DNA of 64,000 bases from Gordius albopunctatus (Eukaryota): assembly GCA_964276515.1 (NCBI GenBank), contig OZ193909.1:18538001-18602000 (forward strand), given 5' to 3'. The notes under the pieces are model-generated. The model was not told where the DNA came from and searched no databases. It saw only the letters and a program-made list of their open reading frames with translations. The first letter of the stretch is position 1; every line of letters begins with the position of its first letter. Below are positions 12,513-24,337 of the stretch, piece after piece. A program made the translations under genes and the position numbers.

Positions 12513-12819
12513 CAGTCGAAACTTCTTAATCGCAAATCGGATTATCGCGGAAATCGTTTAATCGCGAAGGTAACCGCCGTTTTGTTTTTTTTAAACGATA
12601 ATATTAACAAAAAAATCGTTTATTGACAAATCGCTTAATAGTACAATAATTCACAAATATTTTCGAGCCCTTAAATCAACCAGATAATTATATAAAATAT
12701 CGTTTTATTGCGAAGCGTAAGAAATGAATATTTAATATAATGTACATATACTTTTTTCCATCGTTTAATCGCGAAAAATAATTCAGACCCAAGGCTTTGC
12801 AATTAAACGGTTTTGCCTG
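12513..12819. mobile_element. Tc1/mariner-pogo type MITE
   Basis: TA|CAGTCGAAAC...GTTTTGCCTG|TA; homologous copy at 60435-60774. Confidence 0.8.
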
Positions 12820-12829
12820 TATATGCAAT

Positions 12830-12963
12830 CATGGGCGTGGCCAGGTTTTGGATTAGGGGGGGGGGGGTCAAAACGTTTAAAACTTCAATCAGGGGTGGGG
12901 GGCAAAACCTAAAAAATTTTGTAATTTAGGAGGGGAGCGGCCGGCCCCCTGGCTACGCCCATG
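12830..12963. mobile_element. hAT-type MITE, CATGGG family
   Basis: CATGGGCGTGGCC...GGCTACGCCCATG; TSD TATGCAAT/TAAGCAAT. Confidence 0.85.
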
Positions 12964-13336
12964 TAAGCAATAATGAGAACAGATATGTCACTCGCTATTG
13001 TTTTATAAGCAATATTCGCTCGGTTTACACTTTTAATTAGTATTCGCTTCACATCAAGTCGCCTCATTTTTTGCAACATTTTCACTGAGTAGTATTGTAA
13101 AAACATATATCTATTCTAATTCCTTACTATACACGATTAGATTAGCGACCAAACAAATTGCTTAATGTCTTTTTAAACTTATAGGAATGTGTAAGTTTAT
13201 CTGAATCAAAATGCTTAAAAATATAAAAAAAAATTTATTTGCTTCTAAGATATAACAAATTTTTAGACACAATGCGAAATAATATGAAATAATTTTAATA
13301 GGAGGTAATAAAAAAAATTTCGCATATTAAAATAAG

Positions 13337-13813
13337 CAGTCTTGTTAAGGAGCGGCTACATTTTTTCAAAAAATGCTCCTTTTTAAAATTGAGAGCGCGA
13401 GCGGGAGTGCCTCCTTTTAGGGCTGGAGCGGAGGAGCGTTAAATTAAATATATAAAGTATATTATTTTCTAAACATTAATAATATTTGTTAATTTAATGA
13501 AAATATAATTTTATTTAAATTTATTCATTATTTAATGTTGAGCCGAGTTTTATATTGATTTTTCATCTAATCATTTGAATTTTTGGATAGTCGAGACCCT
13601 TTTTTTGCTCTCAGTAAAATTTTGGATAGTCGGGACTTTTTTTAAAATGGTTTTAATTATTTTTGGAAAATCAAAAAAGCGGTTATGGAGCTGAACTCTA
13701 TTAGTTGGAGCGGGAGCGCTCCTTTTAATATGTAGTAGCGTGAGCGCTCCTTTTGAGAAGGTAGGAGCGGGAGTGGGAGTCGCTGTTTTTAAAAAGGAGT
13801 GTTAACAAGACTG
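13337..13813. mobile_element. hAT-type MITE with GGAGCG subterminal repeats
   Basis: Perfect 12-bp TIR CAGTCTTGTTAA; perfect 8-bp TSD AAAATAAG. Confidence 0.9.
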
Positions 13814-14148
13814 AAAATAAGCTTAAAACTTAAAAACCTGCACTTTTAATTTAAAGTCATTTTTAGGAGAAATTTTCATAGAATAAATATAATTTTCTTG
13901 GTCAAAATTTCCCGCGAACAAACGGAAATTCATCTCCTATATGGTGATATCTGAAAATAGTAATCCTAACACTTTCACCGAACTTGCTTATATTTTTAAT
14001 CAGTAACCGTATTTAAATATCCATTGGCCTGCAAAATAATGCGATCATATATTTAATTTTAGTTAACAATTTAACTAATCAAAAAATAGAAATTTTTGAT
14101 TTACAATTTTCTAAAATTTATTGAATCTTTTTTTAATTATGTAACAAT

Positions 14149-14566
14149 CAAAGACAGAAAAGTTCGGCCCACTACCCGAACTTGCCCGCTTGGCTCATGA
14201 GCCGGGTCGGACAACTAAATTTTAATTTTTGGGCTGGCACGGGCGGGCGCACAACAAGCTCAATGATATTTTTTTTATTTTCGTGCATAATTTTGTCACT
14301 TTTTATTTCATTGTATGATGTTTGTTAATCCTAGTTCTTATCCAAAAAATCGGAAATAAAAATAAAAATTTCACAAAATATACTACCTATTAAAAAGTTT
14401 AAAAAACATCAATTCGTGTTAGGCCGTTCGGGCAGCTTTATTAATTAGGGCATGGCCGGGCGGATACTTAGAAGGGTTCAAGCGGGCCCGGGTGGGCAGC
14501 TAAGTTATAAAATCGGACCCGGTCGGGTTTTGGGAAAAATTTTCTAACAGTTATGACTGACCTCTG
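14149..14566. mobile_element. hAT-type MITE, CAGAG family with CCCG/CGGG subterminal motifs
   Basis: TSD GTAACAAT/GTATCAAT; inverted homologue at 38213-38611; partial copy near 16290-16485. Confidence 0.75.
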
Positions 14567-14764
14567 GTATCAATATTATAGGACACCATTCTTTGATATA
14601 AACTTTTAAAATACAACTCTCTTCAACATATTTAATTGAGATTTCGTGAACTTGGAACAATCAAAATATGCAGCAATCAATAAAATTTCCTTTTTTATTC
14701 TCGAAATTTCCATGCAATTTAATCATTTAAACGAATCTAACATAGTTACAATTACAAAAGCATC

Positions 14765-15844
14765 CTAAAACCCATTACTATCATCGATGGGTAAACCTAT
14801 CCAATGTGGTGGGTACTTAATGGATGAATTAAATTTTTCCCATTCATTAAAGGTTTTTTCAAAATTAAACGGGGGATAGATGGTAATATTACCATTAGCT
14901 AAATATCCTGCCCACCATCCAAAGGTTCCTTGGGTCATAATGGTATTATTGCACGACGCTAAAATTGCTAAATCTTGATCAGCTGATTTCCCAGGACACG
15001 TGACTACGTTGTCATGGCTACCAAAATGTCGTTTGCACCAATTTAAGTCGTCGCTACACATTACAAAAACATATGTTTTCGATCTAAAATTATGTCTAGC
15101 ATAGTAAGTGCTCATATACGCCATGGCCTTTGTTAAGTATTGTAAACCGGCAAACTTGAATTTACGTATTTTAACATATTTCATAATATCAGTCCTCCTA
15201 ACGTGTACTCCTACAAATTCTAAGACATTACTGCCATCTATAGGTCGTTTTAATTTAGCAACGTTCGTTAAAAATTGTGCAGCCTCATGCCTTATGCTTG
15301 GTATGAATGTAAATTCGGATCGAATTTCATTTTGATAACACTGAAAAAATTTATAGGAATTCGGAAATCCCCAAAAAGATTTATATCCACCATTTAGTAC
15401 ATTCTCTTTAAGACTGGAATCATAAGCTTTCGTCATACGATAAAGTTTGTATATTGGACCTTTTTTAATACTTTCTTTATGTGTTATATTAAAGATAGTT
15501 GATAATCTCACATTTTTAGTCGTAATTTTTAAGTTTGGTCTCCTTCCAGTTTCTTTAGCTAATGCATAAATTGCAGCGTATTGAAACATATGATTTCCTA
15601 GCCTACCTTTGGCTATCCATTCTATATCCTTTGGCCTAAGCAATTTTGCATGGTTGCAGCCCTTCTTCCCTGATATTTGTCGATAATATAAATTATTTTT
15701 ATCCAAACTTTTGTAATTTTCACTCGGTTTTTCTGAAAAATAGTTATTCCTTAAGTGCGTTAAGAATATCATGAGCGTCAAAATAAACTGACAAATTAAG
15801 GATTTTTCATAAATACTAACCAATCGTTTGCAATCGAATCGCAT
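14765..15844 (-). CDS. Alpha-1,2-fucosyltransferase (GT11, FUT1/FUT2-like), single coding exon
   Basis: 359-aa ORF with an N-terminal type II membrane anchor and motifs GRLGNHMFQYA, VGVHVRRTD, SDDLNWC, DLAILASCNNTIMTQGTFGWWAGYLA. Confidence 0.93.
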   Translation of the reverse strand: MRFDCKRLVSIYEKSLICQFILTLMIFLTHLRNNYFSEKPSENYKSLDKNNLYYRQISGKKGCNHAKLLRPKDIEWIAKGRLGNHMFQYAAIYALAKETGRRPNLKITTKNVRLSTIFNITHKESIKKGPIYKLYRMTKAYDSSLKENVLNGGYKSFWGFPNSYKFFQCYQNEIRSEFTFIPSIRHEAAQFLTNVAKLKRPIDGSNVLEFVGVHVRRTDIMKYVKIRKFKFAGLQYLTKAMAYMSTYYARHNFRSKTYVFVMCSDDLNWCKRHFGSHDNVVTCPGKSADQDLAILASCNNTIMTQGTFGWWAGYLANGNITIYPPFNFEKTFNEWEKFNSSIKYPPHWIGLPIDDSNGF

Positions 15845-16115
15845 GATTAAACGCTAATAATAGTTGTAAAATATTTAAACATTTCACTTTGTGAAAAATT
15901 GTAAGTACATATTGCCCATACAGTGTCCTAGATAACTAACACAAAGAACGGCTTTTGTTCTTTCAACCTTTCTCATATCAATAGGTGTAGTACTTAAAGT
16001 GCTTGTTTTATGAAACTCCATACATTGCCTTGGATTAGAAGGGGGCAGGGCACAAATAGGATAAAAACTTAATTTTGTTAAACATCTAAAATAACTTTTG
16101 GATTTAGGGTAGGGG

Positions 16116-16261
16116 CATGGGCGTAGCCAACATTAGGATTAGAGAAGGGGCAATAATGATCATTTTTTGAAATTTTAGCCAGAATTTTAATTAATTTCAA
16201 CAAACTTTTGCATTTATAGGGGGCAGCTACCCCTCCCTTCCTCTCTTTGGCTGCGCCCATC
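16116..16261. mobile_element. hAT-type MITE, CATGGG family
   Basis: TIRs present; TSD GGTAGGGG/AGTAGGGG. Confidence 0.8.
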
Positions 16262-17476
16262 AGTAGGGGCAGGATGGGCATCTGTACTAGTGACGAGAAG
16301 AGCCCGACCCGGCCCGCTGCTCTACCTTGTCGGCGATTTGGAAAATATGACAAAATAATTTCTAAAATTTAAAAATATTATCATTCGGGCCTAGCCGAGC
16401 GGACACTTAATAGGATTCGGGCGAACCCAGGTTGGTTTTTCAGTTATAAAATCGGAAAGGGAAATTTAAACAAATCTGACCTCTGTCTCATCTGTATCCC
16501 CATCGCCTCCCTCTATTATGGCACACTTGTGATGCTATTTCAGTTTATATATTGCAATTGGTTTTGTATTATACATGATTCTTTCCCTATTTATAATTTT
16601 AGTGACAGCTATTTTTTGCTAAAAAGTTCCCGAATTTGATAAAAGAGGACTTAACATAGCTATTAAAGAATATATGAGTTACCTATTACTTAATATAAAA
16701 AATCTGAAAAAATAAATAAATTTTTACGTTTGTTATTTTATAATTAACTTCATTCGGGCTTTCTAATAGGTGCCCATGCCGCTCCTAAAATTTTTAAAAT
16801 TTTCTACAAACCTGTTAACAACTTTACTAAATATTATACTGAATTAACTCAAATACCATAAAAAGGTAAATTATTGTAGCTTATAAATTTACAAAATGTT
16901 AGTTATTATTAGTACACTTTCAAAATTTACAGCCTTGCCCACTTCTCAAATTTTTTCGAATTGGAATTTATTTTAGCAATTCGTTCCATCCTTAGCCATT
17001 TTGAATTAAATCCTCTCTTTTTAATTCAGTAATGACAACAATTTGTAGATGTATTCTTAAAATGTCAGCAGAATATTAATAAAACATTAATTTATCACAC
17101 AAAATGAAATTTCGAGTAAATGTTGCTCGATATATCTATTCAAAGTATTACCTTACCAGGAATGACTGGGAACATTAAACGAATTATTAAATACCAATTT
17201 CATTTGCTTACCGACTATAATAATACAATTTAATATGTATATATATATATTTATTTATTTTAAAGACTATTATTGTTTGCTAAAAATGTTACAAAAAATC
17301 ATTTAAAACGAGTATAAAATACATTTAATTTAGATGATCAATAGTTAAAAAGTATTTTCGATAAAATCAGAATTATAGGACATCTCTATAGAACCAAAAG
17401 TGAGATCGAGCGTTTTTCTAGGCAATTAGGAGCTAAAATAGCATTATACAAAATGTGATGTTTATTCAATTTCAAT

Positions 17477-17783
17477 CCTAGACTAATAAATCCATAGATT
17501 GTCGAACAGCTGATTCTTACTATTAAAATCATTCATACACGATTATAGCTGCCATTTTGTTAGAAAAACTCAACCACAGGCATATTTATGCCTCTCTATC
17601 ATATAATAATTAAGAAAATAAATAAGACTATTAACTCAATTTGTAAATTAAAAAAAAGTAGTAAAATAAAACAATAAATTATGCTGACTTCTACTATTAC
17701 AATTTCCCACAAAATGGCTGTTCTTATACTTGCTGAAAAATTATCAGCTGTTCGACAGTCTATGGTTTTAATATTAGTCTATG
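17477..17783. mobile_element. hAT-type MITE, CATAGACTAATA family
   Basis: About 35-bp TIRs; perfect TSD ATTTCAAT; homologue at 51458-51767. Confidence 0.85.
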
Positions 17784-18412
17784 ATTTCAATATCAAAAAA
17801 TTATGCAAAAAATGAAGTCAACAACAGAAATACCAGGATCCTACAAATACACCATAAAATTTTGGCAAAATTTCCTTAGATTGGTTTGTGTTGTAATGTA
17901 AGTTAAAAGAAATGGTTTTCAAAGAAGTAAATTTTGGGTTTAAGAAAATGTAAAGGTAAATCATGCAGTAGTGATAAAAATAACCATGGGAGTAGCCAAG
18001 GGGGACAGGGAGGGGCGTCTGCCCCCCCCCCACTTTGTTAAAATTTTATTAAAATTATGGCTAAAATTTCAAAAAATCTAAATTATTTTTGCTCCCCTTT
18101 AATTCTAATGCTGGCTACCCCATGGAAATAACTATTGAATTTTTTGTTACTACCCTAAGAACCATTTGTAAAAATTACTAGAATTATAAATTTGTAAATT
18201 AAAAAAAAGTAGTAAAATAAAACAATAAATTATGCTGACTTCTACTATTACAATTTCCCACAAAATGGCTGTTCTTATACTTGCTGAAAAATTATCAGCT
18301 GTTCGACAGTCTATGTTTTTAATATTAGTCTATGATTTCAATATCAAAAAATTATCCAAAAAATGAAGTCAACAACAGAAATACCAGGATCCTACAAATA
18401 CACCATAAAATT
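17638..18412 (+). repeat. Near-identical direct duplication of about 225 bp (17638-17862 and 18188-18412)
   Basis: AATTTGTAAATTAAAAAAAAGTAG...CACCATAAAATTTT occurs twice with about 2 differences. Confidence 0.9.
17985..18124. mobile_element. hAT-type MITE, CATGGG family
   Basis: TIRs; TSD AAAATAAC/GAAATAAC. Confidence 0.82.
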
Positions 18413-18914
18413 TTTAAATAACCAACCGATAGTCACGACACCTTTTAATAACGTATTTGCATAGAAAGTATAACAGAGTCCCTCCATTGTCAATCTCATT
18501 AAACACTTTTTAATAAAGTGAAATTTCACAACCTTGTCTATATTTAAAATCGGTTATAAATAAGAATTAATTATTATTATTTTTAAATTTATTAATTATT
18601 AAAATCCAACCTTTTTCATTAAACTTAGATTATTAGTATACATGACCTTTGAACAAGGTAATTAGACTTATAGACTAATGTAATGTTAAAGTTAAATTAA
18701 TGCCAACACATGTGCTCAGCCAGGGCTAAGAAACAGATAATGTCTTTTAATCATTTTTTTATAAATATTTTCGTTCTTGTATCTTTTTATAAATTCCATT
18801 ATATATTTAATACTCTTCCATAATAAAGCATGTTAAAAATTAAAAAAATCATTTAAAGGGTATTTTAAGTAAGAGATAACTTTAAATTATTTTTTGGATG
18901 TTTTTCACACTTGA

Positions 18915-19200
18915 GGGTCAGCTCCTTTGAGTAGGTTATTTCACGAATGCCTACATCTACACCAGCTTCGCTCTAGCTAATACCCTCGTAGCTTAAGTCT
19001 TCCCTTCTTTCGCTTACCTTCGGCTTTGCCAGCTCAGTTTCCTCCCGTCTTTCCAAATGGTCATACCATCTCAATCTTCTTACAACTTAGCTCTCTCTGA
19101 ATCGGAAATACATTTAATTTATGCCCCATCTCTTGATTTCTTATATATTTCCTCTCGAACTTGGACGTGTCATTTAAATCATACATTCGAAGTAAGGAAA
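18915..19200 (-). mobile_element. Degraded 3' fragment of an RTE-clade LINE
   Basis: Minus-strand frames give IRNQEM.HKLNVFPI and RLRWYDHLERREE, matching the RLRWYGHILRR C-terminal motif of the intact RTE in this window. Confidence 0.6.
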
Positions 19201-20055
19201 TCACAGTTTAGAGTGCTTTTAACCTATTATATAAACCTTTAATTTAAGTAATGGATAGTTAAAATGGGTTATTCTTAATTTTGCGTCCACAATTTGCTAA
19301 AAGCTTTTAAATTAATATTAAATAATTTTATTATCGCATGTCAATTCGACTAAGCGCTGCAAAGTAAAAAAAGAAGCATTTTTAGTGAATATATAAATTG
19401 TATCGTGATTAATGATTTACATAGTATTAAGTTATAATTAGAGAAATCAGATTTACACCTACTTAATGGTAATTTTTTATGTTTGGAAATTAAGCTGGTA
19501 AAGGTAGTGCTCGCCTTGATGCATATCAAATCAAATGATAATTCAAAATGATAATGATCCTATCATTACATATATTTGTCTTAGGGACTAGTTTGTTAAG
19601 GAGATTTTGGGTGACATGATTAAAGTATCACAAATGAATGACCCAAAATATGCTATTAAAGGAATTAAAAATCAGAACCTTGTTCAGCTTGAGTAGAAAC
19701 TGAGCTGGAAAATGTTCTCGTTTTTGAAGCGTAGAAAAGAACAGGAGGGCATAAAAAGGGAAAAATGGACAGCTGCCTTCCCCCCCTATAGATTCAAAGT
19801 TTTTTTTAAATATTTTAATCATCATGATATACTTAGCCCACATCCATTACCAAACCTTCAAATTATGCTCACTAAGACTACCCCGTGTTGTTTCCTTATA
19901 ATAATTCCAAAGACGAGTTTATCCGTTCCATCTTACTCATTCATAAAAATAGTTTCATAGATATGATGTCCAGAACGTAGGTTTACTCCTTGAGAGCCTG
20001 TATTTAATATTTAATATTTTCATTGCGCTTTCAGCTACGACGAGACTGTCGATAC

Positions 20056-20717
20056 TATAGTTGTTAAATTGCTAAGTAGCTTCAACTAAAAACGCGAGCA
20101 CGAACACTAGCTGTGTAATATGCTAGTTTAACATAATGAGTCCTAGCTGTTCGGTGCAATAGTTTTAACAGTAGCATGTAAAAATGCTCGAGAGGTTAGT
20201 CGAACGAAGCAGCCAAATCTGTTAAAGCATTTAGCGGGAGCTCGAGCAGTAAATTCGAGCAGATAGTAGATTGAATTCCTATTTGTTAAAATTACAATTT
20301 TAATCATATTATATTTCATAAATAAATTAAGAAATTTTCTCCTGCCCTTATTATTTTTTACCCTATTAAAACACCCCTTCCCCCCTCTGGTGAGAAAAAA
20401 GGTAAAAAATAAGGGGGGGGCAAAGTTCTTGATTTATTTATGAAATATAATATGATTATAATTGTAATTTTAACAAATAGCAATTCAATCTACTATCTGC
20501 TCGAATTTACTGCTCGAGCTCCTGCTAAGTGCTTCAACAGATTTGGCTGCTTCGTTCGACTAACCTCTCGAGCATTTTTACATGCTACTGTTAAAACTAT
20601 TGCACCGAACAGCTAGGACTCATTGTGTTAAACTAGCATATTACCCAGCTAGTGTCCGTGCTCGAGCATAGCCCATGCATAGTTAGCATTGCTGAAGTTA
20701 GCAATTTAACAACTCTA
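20056..20717. mobile_element. Foldback hAT-type MITE (TAGAGTTGTTAAATTGCTAA termini) with about 240-bp internal inverted arms
   Basis: TSD GTCGATAC/GCCGATAC; arms at about 20095-20338 and 20422-20664; a short relative lies at 28888-29090. Confidence 0.88.
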
Positions 20718-21504
20718 GCCGATACATACCTCACCCTTCATTACTAATTTTATGAATCCCAATGGAGCGGTTTTATTAGATCAAATCTGACATCGCGTTT
20801 TAACCTGAGAAAAGCTTTGCTAAAAATGACAGCATAGCTAACCTTAATAGCTGGAAAACAAGTTACCTTGAGATTGCCTTTTATCTGAGCTTAAAGTTAA
20901 AAGCTGTGGTTATCCTAAGTTCACTGATCATTTTTGATGTAGACTTGTTTTAACCTCATGGAATCTCAAGCAAGCTACAATTGTTGGATATTAATGTCTT
21001 TAACAAAAAATATACAATGGAAGCGGTGATTATCTCTTCGAGTTCCTCAAATTTGCTCCTTTTATGGCCATATTCGTTCGCATTCGCGAAGACTCAATTC
21101 GAGCTTATATTATTACATTTTGTTTTACAAGCCAATGATTCACATTTTTAAATCTGCCATCTTTTAATCTTCTTGATAGAAACAAACCCATATGTCTTAC
21201 AATGTTTTCCCTGTGTTGCAAATTTTGGAGTTATTCCTTTTCTTCATGAGTTGCAACTTAATGTGAAACAGCGCAGATTGAAGGCCATGGGTTATAAAAA
21301 AAGCTTGTTTGCGTTTAATGAGCTAGCTAGACCCCGTGGGCCCCCGGGCCCCCTAAGCCATTTTCATTATTTTATCTTAATTCAGAAAAATATAAAGATT
21401 ATAATTTTATTTGTTCTTGAATATAACTTTATTTGTTCTTGAATATAACTTTATTTGTTTAATAAATGCAATTTCAACGGTTAATGGCCTAATATTAACT
21501 TGAA

Positions 21505-22347
21505 ATGATATTAGAAATGAGGATCACTATCAAATTCTTTATAATAAGGCGAAAGATTTAGCTTCAATTTTTGATTTAGTACCTTCTAGTTCTAAACGTA
21601 TTAAAAAACCAGAAAAGTATGACACTTTTTACTCTTTTGAATCTACCAATTCCTTAAAATTGATTTATATTATCCTATCATCGATAGAATAATACCAGAA
21701 TCAAAGATAAGATTTTTGGGAATTAATTGTAATTTATATAGATCCTTAGAAGTTTCATGGGCGTAGCCAGCATTTGAATTAAAGGGGGGGGGCAATAATG
21801 ATTTAGGGATTGGCAAAATGATTATTTTTTCAAATTTCAACAAATTTTTGGATTTAGAGGGGGGTGGCTGCCCCTCCCTGCCCCCCTTGGCTACACCCAT
21901 GGAAGGTTTAAACCCTTCATCCCCCTTTTTTGCTATAAATCTCTTTTATCAGAGGTAATTAACCATTATGAATTAAAACTGCAAGATGTCGGAATAATAA
22001 TGGCAAAAAATTATATGATATATTATGATTCTTTACTTCGAATAAAATGAAATGCAATGATATTATTTCACTTATTAAAATTTTGCCCTCAATTGTGTTT
22101 CCAAATTTTATTATTTTGATTAAAATAATTTTAACTATCCCAAAACCTTCGTGTCCATGCGAAGGATCGTTCTCATTGCTAAATGGATTAAAACTATCTT
22201 CTTTCCACAGTTGGACAAGATAGGTTATCTTCCTTAACTTTATTGAGCTTAGAACATGACTTTATAAATGTCATTCCCTCGAATGATATTATAAATTCGT
22301 TTGTAACATCGAGCAAAAGGCGTAATGAACTACTATTAAAAGACTAA
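21505..22347 (+). pseudogene. Fossil hAT transposase C-terminus (dimerisation domain), interrupted by a MITE
   Basis: YYPIIDRII..SKIRF; FPNFIILIKIILTIPKPSCPCEGSFSLL; STVGQDRLSSLTLLSLEHD, with frameshifts. A possible left end CAGCGCAGATTGAAGG lies near 21268. Confidence 0.8.
21756..21901. mobile_element. hAT-type MITE, CATGGG family, inside the hAT fossil
   Basis: CATGGGCGTAGCC...GGCTACACCCATG. Confidence 0.85.
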
Positions 22348-23772
22348 TTTTAATATTTAATGAAAAATTATCTGTCTTAAAATTTTTAACACTTTCAAAA
22401 TATATTAAATTATTATTAAATTTACGAAAATTCCATCCTGGATTTAATTTAATTGTCCATATCACATGCTTATTGTTTAACATATCTTGCATATTTTTAT
22501 GTACCACAAGCACAGATAAAGCCAATGATTTTCCAAAAAATAGTTTGTACATCATTTTTCCCTTTATTAGTGATATCCCTGCAAAAGTTTAATAAATTAA
22601 TATTAATAACAAATTCCTGAATTTTATAGACAATTGTTAACGCATCAAAACTTTCAAGGGATAAAAACCCCCCAAAAATCCTTTAGGTGTCCCATTGGAT
22701 TCAACAAAATATACACAAACGCTAAGTTTTTCTGTGCATTTCACATCTCTAATTTTATCTAAAATTATTAAGTAAAATTTTGATTCAAATATTTTTAAGG
22801 TTCATTTACCCGTTAAATTTATTAGTTCATTTTAATTTTTAGGTGGTGTAAGGGGGGGGGGGTTGTGCAAATATATCTATAATATCATCAGGGGTAATAA
22901 CTTCTAAATACTCATTCTCCAATGAATTTTAATTTAATAATTATTTTTTTTTATATTTTATGTTATAATTACTCCTTTTGATGATCTAGCCTTAAAAAAG
23001 GCTTTTAAATGTTCTCGTTGTTTTCCTTATATGAATGCTGACTGATCCTGCCAATATTGCATATGTAAAATTAAATTATATATATATATGGTCAAGATTT
23101 TTTGGGGTTGTGGCAATAAAATATTTTTATAAAAACTTTTTTTTTACTATTTGTATTATTATTTTTTAAATTTCAACGATTTCTTGTCAATATCCCCGTT
23201 CCACTTTGTGCCCTTACAATTCATTTATACAAAAACTTATTATACCAAGTGAAATTTTCTATATTGTTTTAGCTACATTACTTTGTTTTATTTATGAATA
23301 AATTTTATTTATTTTATGATACCAGGGTGAAAATACACAAAGTAGTAGCAGAATTTTAAGTTTGTCCAACGTTTATAAGGGAAAATTTTTCATTTGCCTT
23401 TTGACCATGGTCGTATACAGATTTTGGATTAGGGGGGCGGGCAAACTTTTTTTTTAATTTTTAAGGGTTTTTATAGCTAAGTTTTTTGTCCCCCCCCCTG
23501 GCTTGACCATCTCAGCCCCTACCCCCAAGGGAAAAGGCTAGCTACGTCACTGGGTAGAATCCAAATTTTTTCATTAATTAGTACATTTAGCTTATTGCAT
23601 AGCAACATGGTAATGAATTCAAGCTAAAAGATCGTATCTGTCTGTTTATTGGCATACTAGCAGCCCTAAAAGGCTAAAAACACGGGCTCCCCTCAAGCCA
23701 TCGCGAACTCGGGCTTCACTACTCAGGTGATAATAATTTTATGGTACCTGTTTGACACTTGAAATAAATCAG

Positions 23773-24337
23773 ATGTTTTTAATAAAAAAAATGTTAAATC
23801 CATTACATAATATTCAAAAATTAATTAATTACAATGTGCTAACACCTTTTAGTGGCTTTAATGCTGAAAATAAATTTTTTTCAATTGATGTTAAAGAAAT
23901 GGAGTAAGATTTTTGGTTTATAGGCTATTATCTTGTAGAACAATTACACGTTTTCACATAGAAGATGGAAAGTTTAGAGGCTGTGACGACATACCTAAAC
24001 GATTTAAGAGATTAGACTGGGGAATATGGATAAGGCGAAAAGCTGGTTGGTCTAAAAGGCGCTGGAAAATGAATAATCGCCAAAAATTAAGATCTCTTTA
24101 TCACGTATTTTGTAGAGGTTTCTTTAGATTTATGTTATTGCTATTAAAAGTTAAATAGGATCCTTGAGCAACAAACTTGATTTGATGGCAGGAAAAGATT
24201 TTATTAGAGAAAAATATTATGTAAATGATCCATATGAGAGTTACCATAAGAGAAATTTTAATGGACCCTTACCCCGTGCAGTTCCCTCATATTATAAACA
24301 TATACTTAATCAGCATTATCAGACAGATATATATTGA
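23773..24337 (+). CDS. MRPL35: Mitochondrial ribosomal protein L35 (bL35m), 3 coding exons
   Basis: Exons 23773-23903, 23924 (or 23939)-24117, 24159-24337. Protein KRFKRLDWGIWIRRKAGWSKRRWK..HVFCRGSLSNKLDLM..YYVNDPYESYHKRN matches the animal MRPL35 pattern (RF.RL..G.W.RRKAG..K..WK; YV.DPY..YH.R). Confidence 0.9.

Noticed and set aside
14765..15844. Bacterial horizontal transfer or retrocopy origin of the intronless fucosyltransferase
   Set aside because: It has an animal-type N-terminal Golgi anchor and FUT1/2-like motifs; single coding exons are normal in this family; no poly(A) or TSD scar was seen.
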